From NCBI GenBank assembly GCA_050012355.1, contig JBEKHI010000001.1:1-61891 (forward strand): a stretch of DNA of 61,891 nucleotides. Direction: 5' to 3'. Below, one piece after another: positions 45,023 through 54,725 of the stretch (position 1 is its first letter; each line of letters starts with the position of its first letter). The position numbers and the translations under genes are program-made. This DNA is from Streptosporangiaceae bacterium. GTDB taxonomy: Bacteria > Actinomycetota > Actinomycetes > Streptosporangiales > Streptosporangiaceae. Under the pieces are notes generated by a model that was not told the origin of the DNA, did no database searches, and worked only from the letters and a program-made list of their open reading frames with translations.

Positions 45023-45649
45023 TCAGGGGACGACGATTACCGGGCAGCGGGCGTGGCGGGCGAGCCAGCCGGGAACCGAGCCGGCGATCTGGTGCCAGAA
45101 TCTAGTGGGCGCACCGACGACCAGGGCGTCGGCCGACAGGCTGCTCGCGACGTTGGCCAGCTCGCGGGCCGGGCTGCCGCGTCGGGTGCGGATGTGCACG
45201 TCGAGGCCGTCCCGGTCGGCCACCTGGTCAAGTTCCGACAGCAGCCAGCGCTCCAGCGCATCGTTATCCCTAGGCAGACCGACCACCTGGCCGGTCAGCG
45301 GCTCGCAGTAGACACCAGAGTTGGCCACGTACACCACCAGCAGTGAGCGACCGAGCCGCCGGGCCAGCCCAGCCGCGTAGGCGAGGGCGTGCTTGGCTGA
45401 GGCCGAACCGTCATAGCCCACGATCACCGGATGCTCAAGCGGCCACTCCGCCTCGATGGCAGGCTCAAGGACCGGCTCTTCCCGCCGCGTCGGCTCATGC
45501 CGTGCTGGCCCGTGCTGGGCTTGCTCGCGCTGGGGCGCCGGTCGATCCCGGGGATCGAGGGGACCGCGTTCTGGTTCAGCCTGTTCCATTGATCCGCACC
45601 CTTGCGGAACGCCGTGTATTTCAGCATTTATTACCCGCTGACACGGCAC
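45023..45649 (-). CDS. universal stress protein (UspA family)
   Basis: VIVGYDGSASAKHALAYA..., GSPARELANV and ADALVVGAP...GSV...HARCPVIVVP. The N-terminal start is uncertain. Confidence 0.8.
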   Translation of the reverse strand: MPCQRVINAEIHGVPQGCGSMEQAEPERGPLDPRDRPAPQREQAQHGPARHEPTRREEPVLEPAIEAEWPLEHPVIVGYDGSASAKHALAYAAGLARRLGRSLLVVYVANSGVYCEPLTGQVVGLPRDNDALERWLLSELDQVADRDGLDVHIRTRRGSPARELANVASSLSADALVVGAPTRFWHQIAGSVPGWLARHARCPVIVVP

Positions 45650-45813
45650 CGAAGCGTCGTGCCTGCAAGCATCAGCACTATAGACGCGATAGTTGCGTCA
45701 CGGAAGCACCTCGGCGCAGCCTGGTAAAGCGGCGGGGCCGGGGTGACCTTGGTCACACAGCCCGCGACCGGGTCGGCGGATTAAGGGCCGCGCGGACCAC
45801 GGTCCGCGTCGTT

Positions 45814-47745
45814 ATGCGGACAACCGCTGACCACGGGCGGTTTCAATGGCACGATGGTGCTGTGGTGCCAGGACATGCCGAGGTGGCGAACGCGGTGCTC
45901 GAGAGCGCCGCCGACGCGATCGTAGCGTTTGGTGCCGACCGGAACGTGGTGCTGTGGAATCCCGCCGCCGAGCGGATGTTCGGCTGGGTGGCGAGCGAGG
46001 TGCTCGGTACCGACCCGCCGATCATCCCGGAGGAACTGAAGGCGGAGCATAACGCCGTGCTTGAGCGCGTCCGCGGCGGCGGGCAGATCTCGTTCGCGAC
46101 GCGGCGGATCCGCAAGGACGGCTCACTGCTTGACCTGCGCATCGACACCAGCCCGCTGACCGGCGCCGACGGCGAGGTCACCGGCTGGGTGAGCGTCTGC
46201 CACCAGACCGGTGAGGACGACGTCGCGCGGCACTATATGGCGGAACGGGCCCGGGTGGTCCGCAGGCTCGGCGACGTCGTCGCGGACATGAACGGTCAGC
46301 GGGACCTGGAATCCGTGCTTGACCGGATCGCGGGCAGTCTGCGCGAGCTCACCGGGGCGGACGCCGGCGGTTTCGTGCTTATCGAGGACGACTCACTGCG
46401 GCTGGTCAGCACGGCCGGACTGCCCGCGCGGCTGCGTGGCCGGGTCGCCGCGCTCGGCACTAGCCTGGTCGGCGAACTGCTCCGGTCGGGCAAGACGGTC
46501 ATGATGGCCACCGGGGAAAGCGGCGGGTTCGACGACCTGATCTGGTCCGCGTTGCCGGGACTGCACACCATCGCGCTGTCACTGTCGCATGTGGGTGACA
46601 AGCCCTACGGCGCGCTGTACGCGCTGTACAGCCGGCGGTCGCTGTCGCACGTCGAGCTCGAGCTGCTTGAGCTGCTCGCCGGGCACGCGGGGGTCGCGCT
46701 GACCAACGCGATGGCATTCGAGGAAGTCGTCAGGCAGCGTGCCCATGAGCGGGCGATCATCGACGGCAGCGCTGACGGCATCGCGGTGCTGAACGCGTCC
46801 GGCCGGGTGCAGCAGTGGAACCCGGCGGCGCACCGGATCACCGGCCTGGGGGCCCAGGACGTGATCGGCAAGGAGCCGCCGTTCCCGCTGCCGTCGCCGG
46901 GCGAGCGCGGGACGCACAAGCTGGAAAGCGGCCGGTGGCTGGACGTGCTGTGCACGTCGCTGGAGTCGAGCCAAGAGCTGGTTGTCGACTTCCGTGACGT
47001 GACCGCCGCCAAGGAACTGGAGGAGGCCAAGGACCTGTTCCTGGCCACCACTAGCCACGAGCTGCGTACGCCGATCACGGTGGTGCAGGGCTTCGCGTCC
47101 ACGCTGTCCTCCCGCTGGGATCAGCTGCAGGACTCCGACCGGCGGCTGGCGGTCCGCACCATCGCTGAGCGGGCGGGCTCGCTCGGACGGCTGGTGGAGC
47201 AGCTGCTGCTGGGCGCGCGAGCCGGCGCTGATCAGCTCCCGGTGCACAACGAGCCATTCGATCTCACCGGCCTGCTCCGTGCGGCGGTGGTGTCGTTCAA
47301 GCCGCTGTCGGACAAGCACGAGGTGGTCGCGGAGATCCCGGAGGAGCTGCCGACCGCGTTCGGCGACTCGATGGCGACCGACATCATCGTCGGGCAGTTG
47401 CTGGAGAACGCGTTCAAGTACTCGCCGTCCGGCGGCGCGGTGGTGGTGCGCGCCCGGCCAGCGGGCGCGTGGATCGAGGTCACGGTCGAGGACGAGGGCA
47501 TCGGGATCGCGCCCGCGGACACCGAGCGGGTCTTCGAGCGGTTCGTCCAGGGCGAGACGGGCGACCGGCGACGGTTCGGCGGGGTGGGGATCGGGCTCTA
47601 CATCGTGCGACGGCTCGCCGTGGCGCAGGACGCCTCGGTGGAGGCCAGGCCACGCCCGGGGGGCGGGACCATCATGCGGCTCTGTCTGCGTCGCGCCCCT
47701 GGCGGGGAAAGTCCCGGCCAAGAAAATGGGACAGTTTCTATCTGA
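45814..47745 (+). CDS. PAS-GAF-PAS sensor histidine kinase
   Basis: PAS domain (SAADAIVAFGADRNVVLWNPAAERMFGW), a GAF-like middle, a second PAS domain, the H-box TTSHELRTPITVVQGF and an HATPase (GIGIAPADTERVFERF, GVGIGLYIV). ATG 45814 avoids the antisense overlap with usp. Confidence 0.8.
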   Translation: MRTTADHGRFQWHDGAVVPGHAEVANAVLESAADAIVAFGADRNVVLWNPAAERMFGWVASEVLGTDPPIIPEELKAEHNAVLERVRGGGQISFATRRIRKDGSLLDLRIDTSPLTGADGEVTGWVSVCHQTGEDDVARHYMAERARVVRRLGDVVADMNGQRDLESVLDRIAGSLRELTGADAGGFVLIEDDSLRLVSTAGLPARLRGRVAALGTSLVGELLRSGKTVMMATGESGGFDDLIWSALPGLHTIALSLSHVGDKPYGALYALYSRRSLSHVELELLELLAGHAGVALTNAMAFEEVVRQRAHERAIIDGSADGIAVLNASGRVQQWNPAAHRITGLGAQDVIGKEPPFPLPSPGERGTHKLESGRWLDVLCTSLESSQELVVDFRDVTAAKELEEAKDLFLATTSHELRTPITVVQGFASTLSSRWDQLQDSDRRLAVRTIAERAGSLGRLVEQLLLGARAGADQLPVHNEPFDLTGLLRAAVVSFKPLSDKHEVVAEIPEELPTAFGDSMATDIIVGQLLENAFKYSPSGGAVVVRARPAGAWIEVTVEDEGIGIAPADTERVFERFVQGETGDRRRFGGVGIGLYIVRRLAVAQDASVEARPRPGGGTIMRLCLRRAPGGESPGQENGTVSI

Positions 47746-47876
47746 TCACGACATGTCGGCTTTGCGGGGAAAGCTGATATAACCCTGGATGTAGGTTCGG
47801 CATGCGTTTCGCATGTTTTCTGATTCCCGCCGGCGCCCCCGCTGCTCCCGCTCACCCGGGGGCGGTGCCATGAGCA

Positions 47877-50306
47877 ATGGAGCTAACCTCCCACATGTCT
47901 CCCCATCCTTTGTGGTCCCGTGCCGGATTTGCGGCCGGGGCCAGTCTTGTTGCTTTGTGTACCAGCCTTATCACCAGTGGTGCCGCGAGCGCGTCGACGA
48001 CGACAACCACGCCGGCCGCGTCTACCGTGGCTAAGACCGCTCTTAAGGGAGTCTGCGCCGCTCCGACCACGATCAACCAGGAGCAGTGCCAGGTTTTCCT
48101 GCAGAGCCGGGCCAAGAAGGCGAGCGGTCTCAGCGCCGCCGACACGTCTCCGGTGGCGGGTGCTTACTCGTCAGCGGACCTGCAATCCGCCTACGACCTG
48201 GCCAGCGACGCGGCCGCGGACGGCGCGGGCACGACGGTTTCGATCGTGGACGCTTACCGCGACCCGAACGTCGTGTCTGACCTAGCCGCGTACCGATCCC
48301 AGGCCGACAACGACCTCCCGGCCTGCAGCACGACGACCGGTGACGGCTGCGTCACGGCTTACAACGAGACCGGTGGCAGCGCGTCCAGCGTGCCCGTCGA
48401 CCCGACCGGCGGCTGGGAGGTTGAGGAATCGCTCGACGTCGACATGGTGTCGGCGGTCTGCCCGCTGTGCAAGATCCACCTGTATGAGGCCAACTCCACG
48501 TCGTTGACGGACCTCGGCACCGCGGAGAACACCGCCGCGAAGGCCAGCAAGTTCGTGTCCAACAGCTGGGGCGGCGAGGACTATCCGGGTGAGTCGGCCT
48601 ACGACACTCTCTACTTCAACCACCCTGGCGTGGTGACCGCGTTCGCCTCCGGCGACTACGGTTACGGCGCGGGATACCCCGCCTCGTCGCAACTTGTCAC
48701 CTCCGTCGGCGGCACTGACCTGACCGGCTCCGCCGGGGACTGGTCCCAGACGGTCTGGAACAATGATGACGGCGCGACCGAGTCCGGCTGCTCCTCCGGA
48801 GAGCCGAAGCCGGCCTGGCAGACCGATTCCGAGTGCGCGAACCGCACCGAGAACGACGTGTCCGCGGTGGCTGACGGTCCCGACGGCATCTCGATCTACG
48901 ACTCGTACGACTCCTCGACCACGTGCGGTGGCTGGTGCGCGGTCGGCGGAACGAGCGCGGCCACCCCGATCATCACCTCGGTCTACGCGCTGGCAGGCAC
49001 CCCGACGGCGGACACCTACCCGTCGTCGTACCTGTACCAGAACGAGGGTGCCGGGCTGACCAGGATCACCAGTGGCAACGATTCGGTCACCGCGGACGGC
49101 TCGACCTACACCTGCGAGTCGGACCGCCAGTACCTGTGCGACGCGGCGGACTCGCTGCCGGACGGCTACAACGGCCCGACCGGCTGGGGCACGCCGGACG
49201 GCGCGGACCTCAGCGCGTTCACGAACACCTCGACAGACGTGGTCTCGGCCATCAACCCGGGCACCTACGACCTGCAGGCTGGGGTCAGCTACGCGCTCCC
49301 CGCGATCAAGGCGTACGACTCTGACGGTAACGCGGTCACCTACTCAGCGACCGGGCTCCCGAGCGGACTGACGATCAACTCGAGCACCGGGGCCATTTCC
49401 GGGAAGCTGTCGTCGACCCCGGCCACCAGCGCGGTCACAGTGACCGTCAGCGATGGCAGTGCCGCGTCGAACATCTCCTTCGACATCGTGAGCATCGCCT
49501 CGCTGGATACCGACTACCACGCCGTCGCCGGGGCCGTGCACCTTGACCTGGACGGCAAGTGCATGGACGACACCAACAACAGCTCCGCGAACCTGAACAA
49601 GGTCCAGATCTACACCTGCAACGGTGAGGCCAGCCAGAACTGGACCTACGAGCCGGACACCGAGCCGGGCGCCGCCGGGGTCGTGGAGCACAACGGCAAG
49701 TGCCTGGACGTGCATCGCGGTGGGACGACCAACGGAACGCTGCTGGACTTGTACAGCTGCAACGGAAGCGGCAGCCAGCAGTGGTACCTCACCGGTGACG
49801 GGGGCGAGCTCTACAACCCGCAGTCCGGCAAGTGCGCCGAGGATCCGTACAGCAGCACGGTCAATGGCCGTCAGCTCGATATCTGGACCTGCAACGGCGG
49901 AGACAACCAGGCCTGGACGGTGCCGGCCAGCCCGGTACAGTCCGGGGTCACCGGCAAGTGCCTGGACGACAAGGGTGCCAGCAGCGCCAATGGAAACGTG
50001 ATCGATTCCTACGCCTGCAACGGCCAGGCCTCGCAGAAGTGGACGCTGGGGCTCGACGAGACCCTGGAGGTCGAGGGCAAGTGCCTGGACGCCACCGGCC
50101 TCGGAACCACCGACGGCACCCTGGCGCAGCTCTGGAGCTGCAACGACGGCGTCAACCAGCTCTGGTACCTCACGGGCACCGGCGAGATCGAGAACCTGAA
50201 TTCCGAGAAGTGCCTCGCCAATCCGGGTAACTCGACCACCAACGACACCCGCCTGGAGCTGGAGGACTGCACCGGCCAGGCCGGGGAAATCTGGGCTCAG
50301 TCATAG
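47877..50306 (+). CDS. secreted S53 (sedolisin-like) peptidase with Ig-like and two ricin-B lectin domains
   Basis: Signal peptide. S53-like blocks: TVSIVDAYRDP, WEVEESLDVDMV, FVSNSWGG, FASGDYGYG, VTSVGGTDL, VGGTSAATPI. A TGLPSGLTINSSTGAISG Ig-like repeat and six QxW-type repeats (SQNWTY, SQQWYL, NQAWTV, SQKWTL, NQLWYL, GEIWAQ). Confidence 0.8.
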   Translation: MELTSHMSPHPLWSRAGFAAGASLVALCTSLITSGAASASTTTTTPAASTVAKTALKGVCAAPTTINQEQCQVFLQSRAKKASGLSAADTSPVAGAYSSADLQSAYDLASDAAADGAGTTVSIVDAYRDPNVVSDLAAYRSQADNDLPACSTTTGDGCVTAYNETGGSASSVPVDPTGGWEVEESLDVDMVSAVCPLCKIHLYEANSTSLTDLGTAENTAAKASKFVSNSWGGEDYPGESAYDTLYFNHPGVVTAFASGDYGYGAGYPASSQLVTSVGGTDLTGSAGDWSQTVWNNDDGATESGCSSGEPKPAWQTDSECANRTENDVSAVADGPDGISIYDSYDSSTTCGGWCAVGGTSAATPIITSVYALAGTPTADTYPSSYLYQNEGAGLTRITSGNDSVTADGSTYTCESDRQYLCDAADSLPDGYNGPTGWGTPDGADLSAFTNTSTDVVSAINPGTYDLQAGVSYALPAIKAYDSDGNAVTYSATGLPSGLTINSSTGAISGKLSSTPATSAVTVTVSDGSAASNISFDIVSIASLDTDYHAVAGAVHLDLDGKCMDDTNNSSANLNKVQIYTCNGEASQNWTYEPDTEPGAAGVVEHNGKCLDVHRGGTTNGTLLDLYSCNGSGSQQWYLTGDGGELYNPQSGKCAEDPYSSTVNGRQLDIWTCNGGDNQAWTVPASPVQSGVTGKCLDDKGASSANGNVIDSYACNGQASQKWTLGLDETLEVEGKCLDATGLGTTDGTLAQLWSCNDGVNQLWYLTGTGEIENLNSEKCLANPGNSTTNDTRLELEDCTGQAGEIWAQS

Positions 50307-50323
50307 GCAATTTACGCAAAACG

Positions 50324-50355
50324 GGCGGGCGGGACTCTTCTGGGTCCCGCCCGCC
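50324..50355 (+). terminator. GC-rich hairpin downstream of the peptidase gene
   Basis: A 12-bp perfect stem, GGCGGGCGGGAC / GTCCCGCCCGCC, with an 8-nt loop and no T-tract. Confidence 0.5.
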
Positions 50356-50373
50356 GCCATGAACGGGTAACGT

Positions 50374-51162
50374 ATGCGCGTGCCAGAACCAACCGTTGTT
50401 GTCGATAACCTGCACGTGGTTTACCGCGTGTACGGCGCTGGCGGGGACAAGGGGACGGCCGCCACGGCTCTCATGCGTGTGGTGCGCCGCCAGAAGCGCC
50501 AGTCCATCCGTGAAGTTCACGCGATCCGCGGCGTCTCCTTCGTGGTCAACCACGGCGACGTGATCGGCATCATTGGCCGCAATGGGTCGGGTAAGTCCAC
50601 CCTGCTACGGGCCATTGCCGGACTACTGCCCGCGGAGCAGGGCGCTGTTTATACGACGGGTGAAGCCGCGCTGCTCGGCGTGAACGCCGCACTCCTCGAT
50701 GACCTCACCGGCGAGCGGAACGTGGTCCTTGGCTGCCTCGCCATGGGCATGCCTCCCCAGGAGGTCAAGGCCCGGTACCAGAGCATCGTGGACTTCTCTG
50801 GGGTCGGTCAGTTCGTCAACCTGCCGATGCGGGCCTACTCCACTGGTATGGCGCAGCGGCTGCGCTTCGCGATCGCGGCGGCCAAGAGCCACGAGATCCT
50901 GATGATCGACGAGGCCCTGGCGACCGGGGACGCGTCGTTCCGCACAAAAAGCCACAGCCGGATCAAGGAACTGCGTGAGCAAGCGGGCACGGTGTTCCTC
51001 GTCGCGCACAACCTCGGTGAGATCGAGCAGAGCTGCACCCGGGTGATCTGGATGGAGAAGGGGCTGATCCTGCGGGACAGCACCGACGTGCCGGGCGTCA
51101 TTGACGAGTACCTCGAAGCCACCGGCGGGGAGCCCCGGCAGCGAGAGCAAGCCCGGCTCTAA
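50374..51162 (+). CDS. ABC transporter ATP-binding protein (polysaccharide/teichoic-acid exporter TagH/RfbE-like)
   Basis: Walker A GRNGSGKSTLLR, signature YSTGMAQRL and Walker B ILMIDEAL. Confidence 0.8.
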   Translation: MRVPEPTVVVDNLHVVYRVYGAGGDKGTAATALMRVVRRQKRQSIREVHAIRGVSFVVNHGDVIGIIGRNGSGKSTLLRAIAGLLPAEQGAVYTTGEAALLGVNAALLDDLTGERNVVLGCLAMGMPPQEVKARYQSIVDFSGVGQFVNLPMRAYSTGMAQRLRFAIAAAKSHEILMIDEALATGDASFRTKSHSRIKELREQAGTVFLVAHNLGEIEQSCTRVIWMEKGLILRDSTDVPGVIDEYLEATGGEPRQREQARL

Positions 51163-51340
51163 AGCAGGCCCGTCTCTGGAGGGCTGCGACCAAGATCACG
51201 TGCAGAAACACGTGCAAATGCCTCCGCATGCGGTTTCACCCGGCGCATACGGGGCATGTCCGCTGTTGCCGGTTCGTTAAACAGGCCCCGGAACCCCGGG
51301 GCGCGGACATACAGGGGCGCGATGGCCGGGGTGGCAGGAG

Positions 51341-51781
51341 GTGTCTAGGTCGAGGGTGGTTCTCCTCCCATACACCGCCGCTAGCGTCGGCGCGGCCCGT
51401 CGGCGCGTTGTTACGGACCTCATATCTTCGGGGATCTTCGAGTCGGTGGCGGCCGATGCCGCGATCGTGATCAGTGAGCTGATGAGCAACGCGCTTCGGC
51501 ACGCGAACCCGTTGCCAGGCGCCGTGATCCGGGTGGGCTGGCTGCTCGCCTCCGACCACGTGGAGCTTGAGGTGAGCGACGGCGGCGGCCCCACTGTCCC
51601 GGTCGCCGGGGCCGATCCTGGGCAGTCTGCCACTAGCGGCCGAGGACTTGGCATCGTCGAGAAGCTATCCCGTCGCTGGGGAGTCCGGCAGAACGACGGG
51701 GAAATGACCGTATGGGCAGAAGTGCCGGTTCCTGTCTCCCGGCACGACCAGCAGCTAACCCACGCCGCCAGCGATGCGTAA
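51341..51781 (+). CDS. anti-sigma regulatory factor (RsbW/SpoIIAB-like Ser kinase, HATPase fold)
   Basis: ISELMSNALRHA, LEVSDGG and GRGLGIVEKLSRRWGV. Confidence 0.75.
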   Translation: MSRSRVVLLPYTAASVGAARRRVVTDLISSGIFESVAADAAIVISELMSNALRHANPLPGAVIRVGWLLASDHVELEVSDGGGPTVPVAGADPGQSATSGRGLGIVEKLSRRWGVRQNDGEMTVWAEVPVPVSRHDQQLTHAASDA

Positions 51782-51859
51782 TAATGCCCTGAACTGGTGA
51801 TACTCCGTTAGGGACCCACTACGGGTAGCCATCGGGGCAAGTCACGCCGGGGGAAAGCA

Positions 51860-53134
51860 ATGGTGCGGTGCCGGGGGGTTGACAGCGAAGTCGGGAGGCT
51901 ACGCACCGTTCTGGTGCACCGGCCGGGCGCGGAGCTGCGGAGGGTCACGCCGCGGATGGCTGACCGGCTGATGTTCGGCACCCTGCCATGGGCCGAACGC
52001 GCTCAGCAAGAGCACGATGCCTTCGCCACTGTCCTGCGCGAGCACGGGGTCGAGGTGCTCTACCTCACCGAGCTGCTGCAAGACGTCCTAGAGTACGCGC
52101 CCGCCAGGGAGCAGATCATCGCGGCGGTGCTGGGGGATCCCAAGCTCGGCGGGGAGTTGCGCGGCCAGCTCGCCAGGCACATCGCCTTTCTCGCACCCGA
52201 GGCGTTCGCCGAGCTGCTCGTCACCGGGCTGTCACCGGCAGAGTTCACCGCGGGCAGCGGGCCGGTCTTCGGCCTGCTCGATCCGCACGAGTACATCATC
52301 GATCCGTTGCCCAACCTGGTTTTCGCCAGGGACTGGAGCGTCTGGATCGGCGACAGCGTCGCCGTCACCGCCCCTGACCACCGCCGTAACGAGGCCGAGC
52401 TGGCGGCGGCCGTCTTCGCGCACCACCCGCTATTTGCCGGGACGAAGCGGCTGTATGACCCTGGTGACGAGCAGCTCTCTGGCGGCGATGTCCTGCTGCT
52501 CGCCCCAGGGGTGGTGGCCATCGGCGTCGGCGCGCACACCTCGCCGGCCGGGATGGAGCGGCTGGCTCGCAAGGTGATCGACGCGGGCTTCGCGCACACG
52601 GTGCTAGCGGTCCCGCATCCGGGCGCCGGGCATTTCGGCCGCGCGCACCCGTCGGCTGACCACTGCCTGGACACCATGTGCACCGTGGCTGGGCCCGGCA
52701 CCTTGGTGATGCCGCCGGCGCTGGCCTACTCGCTGATGGCCAGGGCGATCAGCCCGCGCGGCGAGGGGCTGCGGATCTCGCACCCGAAGCCGTTCCTTGA
52801 GGCGGCGGCGCAGGCGATGGGCGTGCCGCGGCTGAACGTGATCGAGACCGGGCTGTCCCCGTCACCGGGCGGGCGGCCGCAGTGGGATGACGCGTGCAAC
52901 CTGCTGGTGATCGAGCCCGGCACCGTGTTGTCGTATGAGCGGAACACGCTGACCAACGCCCGGTTGAAGGCGGCGGGCGTCACGGTGGTCGAGGTACCCG
53001 GCAGCGAGCTTGCCGGGCTGCGCGGCGGACCTCGGGCATTGTGCTGCCCGGTGACCAGGGACCCCGCGGTCACACCGGATGACAGCTCCAACTACTTGAA
53101 CGATTTGTACAAGTATGAGGGTGTTTTGGTGTAA
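51860..53134 (+). CDS. arcA: arginine deiminase
   Basis: SEVGRLRTVLVHRPGAEL, the FARD motif region (NLVFARDWSV) and a C-terminal catalytic Cys context (RGGPRALCCPVTRD). Confidence 0.8.
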   Translation: MVRCRGVDSEVGRLRTVLVHRPGAELRRVTPRMADRLMFGTLPWAERAQQEHDAFATVLREHGVEVLYLTELLQDVLEYAPAREQIIAAVLGDPKLGGELRGQLARHIAFLAPEAFAELLVTGLSPAEFTAGSGPVFGLLDPHEYIIDPLPNLVFARDWSVWIGDSVAVTAPDHRRNEAELAAAVFAHHPLFAGTKRLYDPGDEQLSGGDVLLLAPGVVAIGVGAHTSPAGMERLARKVIDAGFAHTVLAVPHPGAGHFGRAHPSADHCLDTMCTVAGPGTLVMPPALAYSLMARAISPRGEGLRISHPKPFLEAAAQAMGVPRLNVIETGLSPSPGGRPQWDDACNLLVIEPGTVLSYERNTLTNARLKAAGVTVVEVPGSELAGLRGGPRALCCPVTRDPAVTPDDSSNYLNDLYKYEGVLV

Positions 53135-53207
53135 CCCATGAGTAAAAAGTCTGGCGCACAGTGTTGCTACCTGGCTTCTTGGCGGCATTGACGGTAAGGT
53201 TCCGACC

Positions 53208-53546
53208 GTGGAGCTCAATGTCTCGAGTCGGTCTCATGACGATCACGCAGTTGTGATCGCATCGGGAGAAATCGACCTATATACCGCTCCCCGGTTGCAC
53301 AGCGAGCTAGCCGCGGTCATCGCCGACCGGGCGCCGTCCCGGGTTGTCGTCGACATGTCGGGCGTGGAGTTTTGCGACTCCACCGGCATGAACGTGCTGT
53401 TGTCCTGTCTGCGGCAGGCTCGCGAGCTCGGTGGGGAGCTGGAACTCGCCGCCCCGCGGCCAGCCGTGCGGAAAATACTCCAGGTCACCGGGCTTGACTC
53501 GGTGTTCACTATCGTCACTGACGCTGCCGCTGTCCCCGGCAACTAG
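53208..53546 (+). CDS. STAS-domain anti-sigma-factor antagonist
   Basis: GEIDLYTAPRL, VVVDMSGVEFCDSTGMNVLL and ILQVTGLDSVF. Confidence 0.8.
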   Translation: MELNVSSRSHDDHAVVIASGEIDLYTAPRLHSELAAVIADRAPSRVVVDMSGVEFCDSTGMNVLLSCLRQARELGGELELAAPRPAVRKILQVTGLDSVFTIVTDAAAVPGN

Positions 53547-54208
53547 TGCTCACGGTCGTCATCCCGGCCTTCGACGAGGAGAGCCGGGTCGGCGACACGG
53601 TCCGTGCCGCCGTTACGCTGCCTGACGTGACGCGGGTGGTCGTGGTGGACGACGGTTCGCGTGACGCCACCGCCGCCGCGGCATCAGACGCGGGCGCGAC
53701 CGTCTGGCGTCATCCGCGCAACCAGGGCAAGGCCGCCGCGATGGAGACCGGCGCGCGTGCCGCCGGATCAGGGACGCTGCTTTTCCTTGATGCCGACCTC
53801 GGTGCGACCGCCGCGAACGCGGAGCCGCTGATCGCGCCGGTTGTGGCCGGCGAGGCGGACATGACGATAGCGGCGTTCCGTTCCATCGTGAAGCTCGGCG
53901 GCCACGGGATCGTGGTCGCCGCCGCGCGCTGGGGTATCCACCGGGCAACCGGGTGGACGCCGACCCAGCCGCTTAATGGCCAGCGCTGCTTGACCTGGGA
54001 CGCGTTTACGGCGGCCCGCCCGCTGGCTCGCGGGTTCGGCGTCGAGACCGGGATGACGATCGATCTGCTGCGCCGCGGCCTGCGCGTGCGGGAGGTCGAG
54101 GTGGATATGTCGCACCGGGCCACTGGCGGGGATCTCAGTTCGCAACTGCACCGGGCTCGCCAGTTGCTCGATGTGACTCGCGCGCTGGCCACCCGTGTGT
54201 TGACCTGA
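53546..54208 (+). CDS. GT2-family glycosyltransferase
   Basis: VVIPAFDEE, VVVVDDGSRDAT, NQGKAAAMETG and LFLDADL. Confidence 0.8.
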   Translation: MLTVVIPAFDEESRVGDTVRAAVTLPDVTRVVVVDDGSRDATAAAASDAGATVWRHPRNQGKAAAMETGARAAGSGTLLFLDADLGATAANAEPLIAPVVAGEADMTIAAFRSIVKLGGHGIVVAAARWGIHRATGWTPTQPLNGQRCLTWDAFTAARPLARGFGVETGMTIDLLRRGLRVREVEVDMSHRATGGDLSSQLHRARQLLDVTRALATRVLT

Positions 54209-54221
54209 AGTAACCGGTATA

Positions 54222-54707
54222 TTGCGTCAGGTGACTTCTCATGCGTTGGCTGTAGTAGGGGTAATAGGCGGAATCGGCGGGATTTGCTTCGGGATCGTCG
54301 CCTATATTCAGTCGGTGCGTGCGGTCCGCGAATGCAGTTCGCTGGTGCAGGGCAGTGTCGGCTCGCACGGCACGGTGGACCCTAGGGCACTGCGTGACGT
54401 GGCCGTGGTGCGCTACGACGCGCTGAACGAGATGTCCGGCCAGTTGTCGTTCTCAATGGCGCTGCTGAACGCGCTGGGCGACGGGATCGTGCTCAGCTCC
54501 ATCAACGGACGCCGCGAGACGAGGACCTACGCCAAGGTGGTGCTGGCGGGGAAGGGCGCCCACGACCTATCGCCCGAGGAGGAACAGGCGATCAAGGCGG
54601 CGCGCCTCGGACAAGCCCTGCCGAACCGGGAGAAGCCCTCGATGGTGACCGCGCGGCTGGCGGCGGCCAGGGACGTGGTGCCCATGCCGCAACCGAACGC
54701 TGATTAA
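54222..54707 (+). CDS. DUF4446-family membrane protein
   Basis: N-terminal TM segment and VVRYDALNEMSGQLSFSMALLNALGDGIVLSSINGRRETRTYAKVV...LSPEEEQAI. The start may be GTG about 54231. Confidence 0.65.
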   Translation: MRQVTSHALAVVGVIGGIGGICFGIVAYIQSVRAVRECSSLVQGSVGSHGTVDPRALRDVAVVRYDALNEMSGQLSFSMALLNALGDGIVLSSINGRRETRTYAKVVLAGKGAHDLSPEEEQAIKAARLGQALPNREKPSMVTARLAAARDVVPMPQPNAD

Positions 54708-54725
54708 CACTGGCATCATGGACCC

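Noticed and set aside
45343-45813. The N-terminal 157 aa of the 800-aa histidine-kinase ORF.
   Set aside because: This part is Arg/Ala/Pro-rich and overlaps the usp gene in antisense. The first recognisable PAS domain follows the ATG at 45814.
50374-51162. The orphan ABC ATP-binding gene as part of an unusual system.
   Set aside because: No permease gene is adjacent, but the protein is an ordinary TagH/RfbE-like ATPase. Its partner is probably encoded elsewhere. The sequence does not support anything unusual.
51163-51340. The duplicated CACGTGCA motifs (about 51208 and 51220) as a regulatory site.
   Set aside because: They are short (8 nt) and there are only two copies. No partner regulator can be inferred, so they are within chance expectation.
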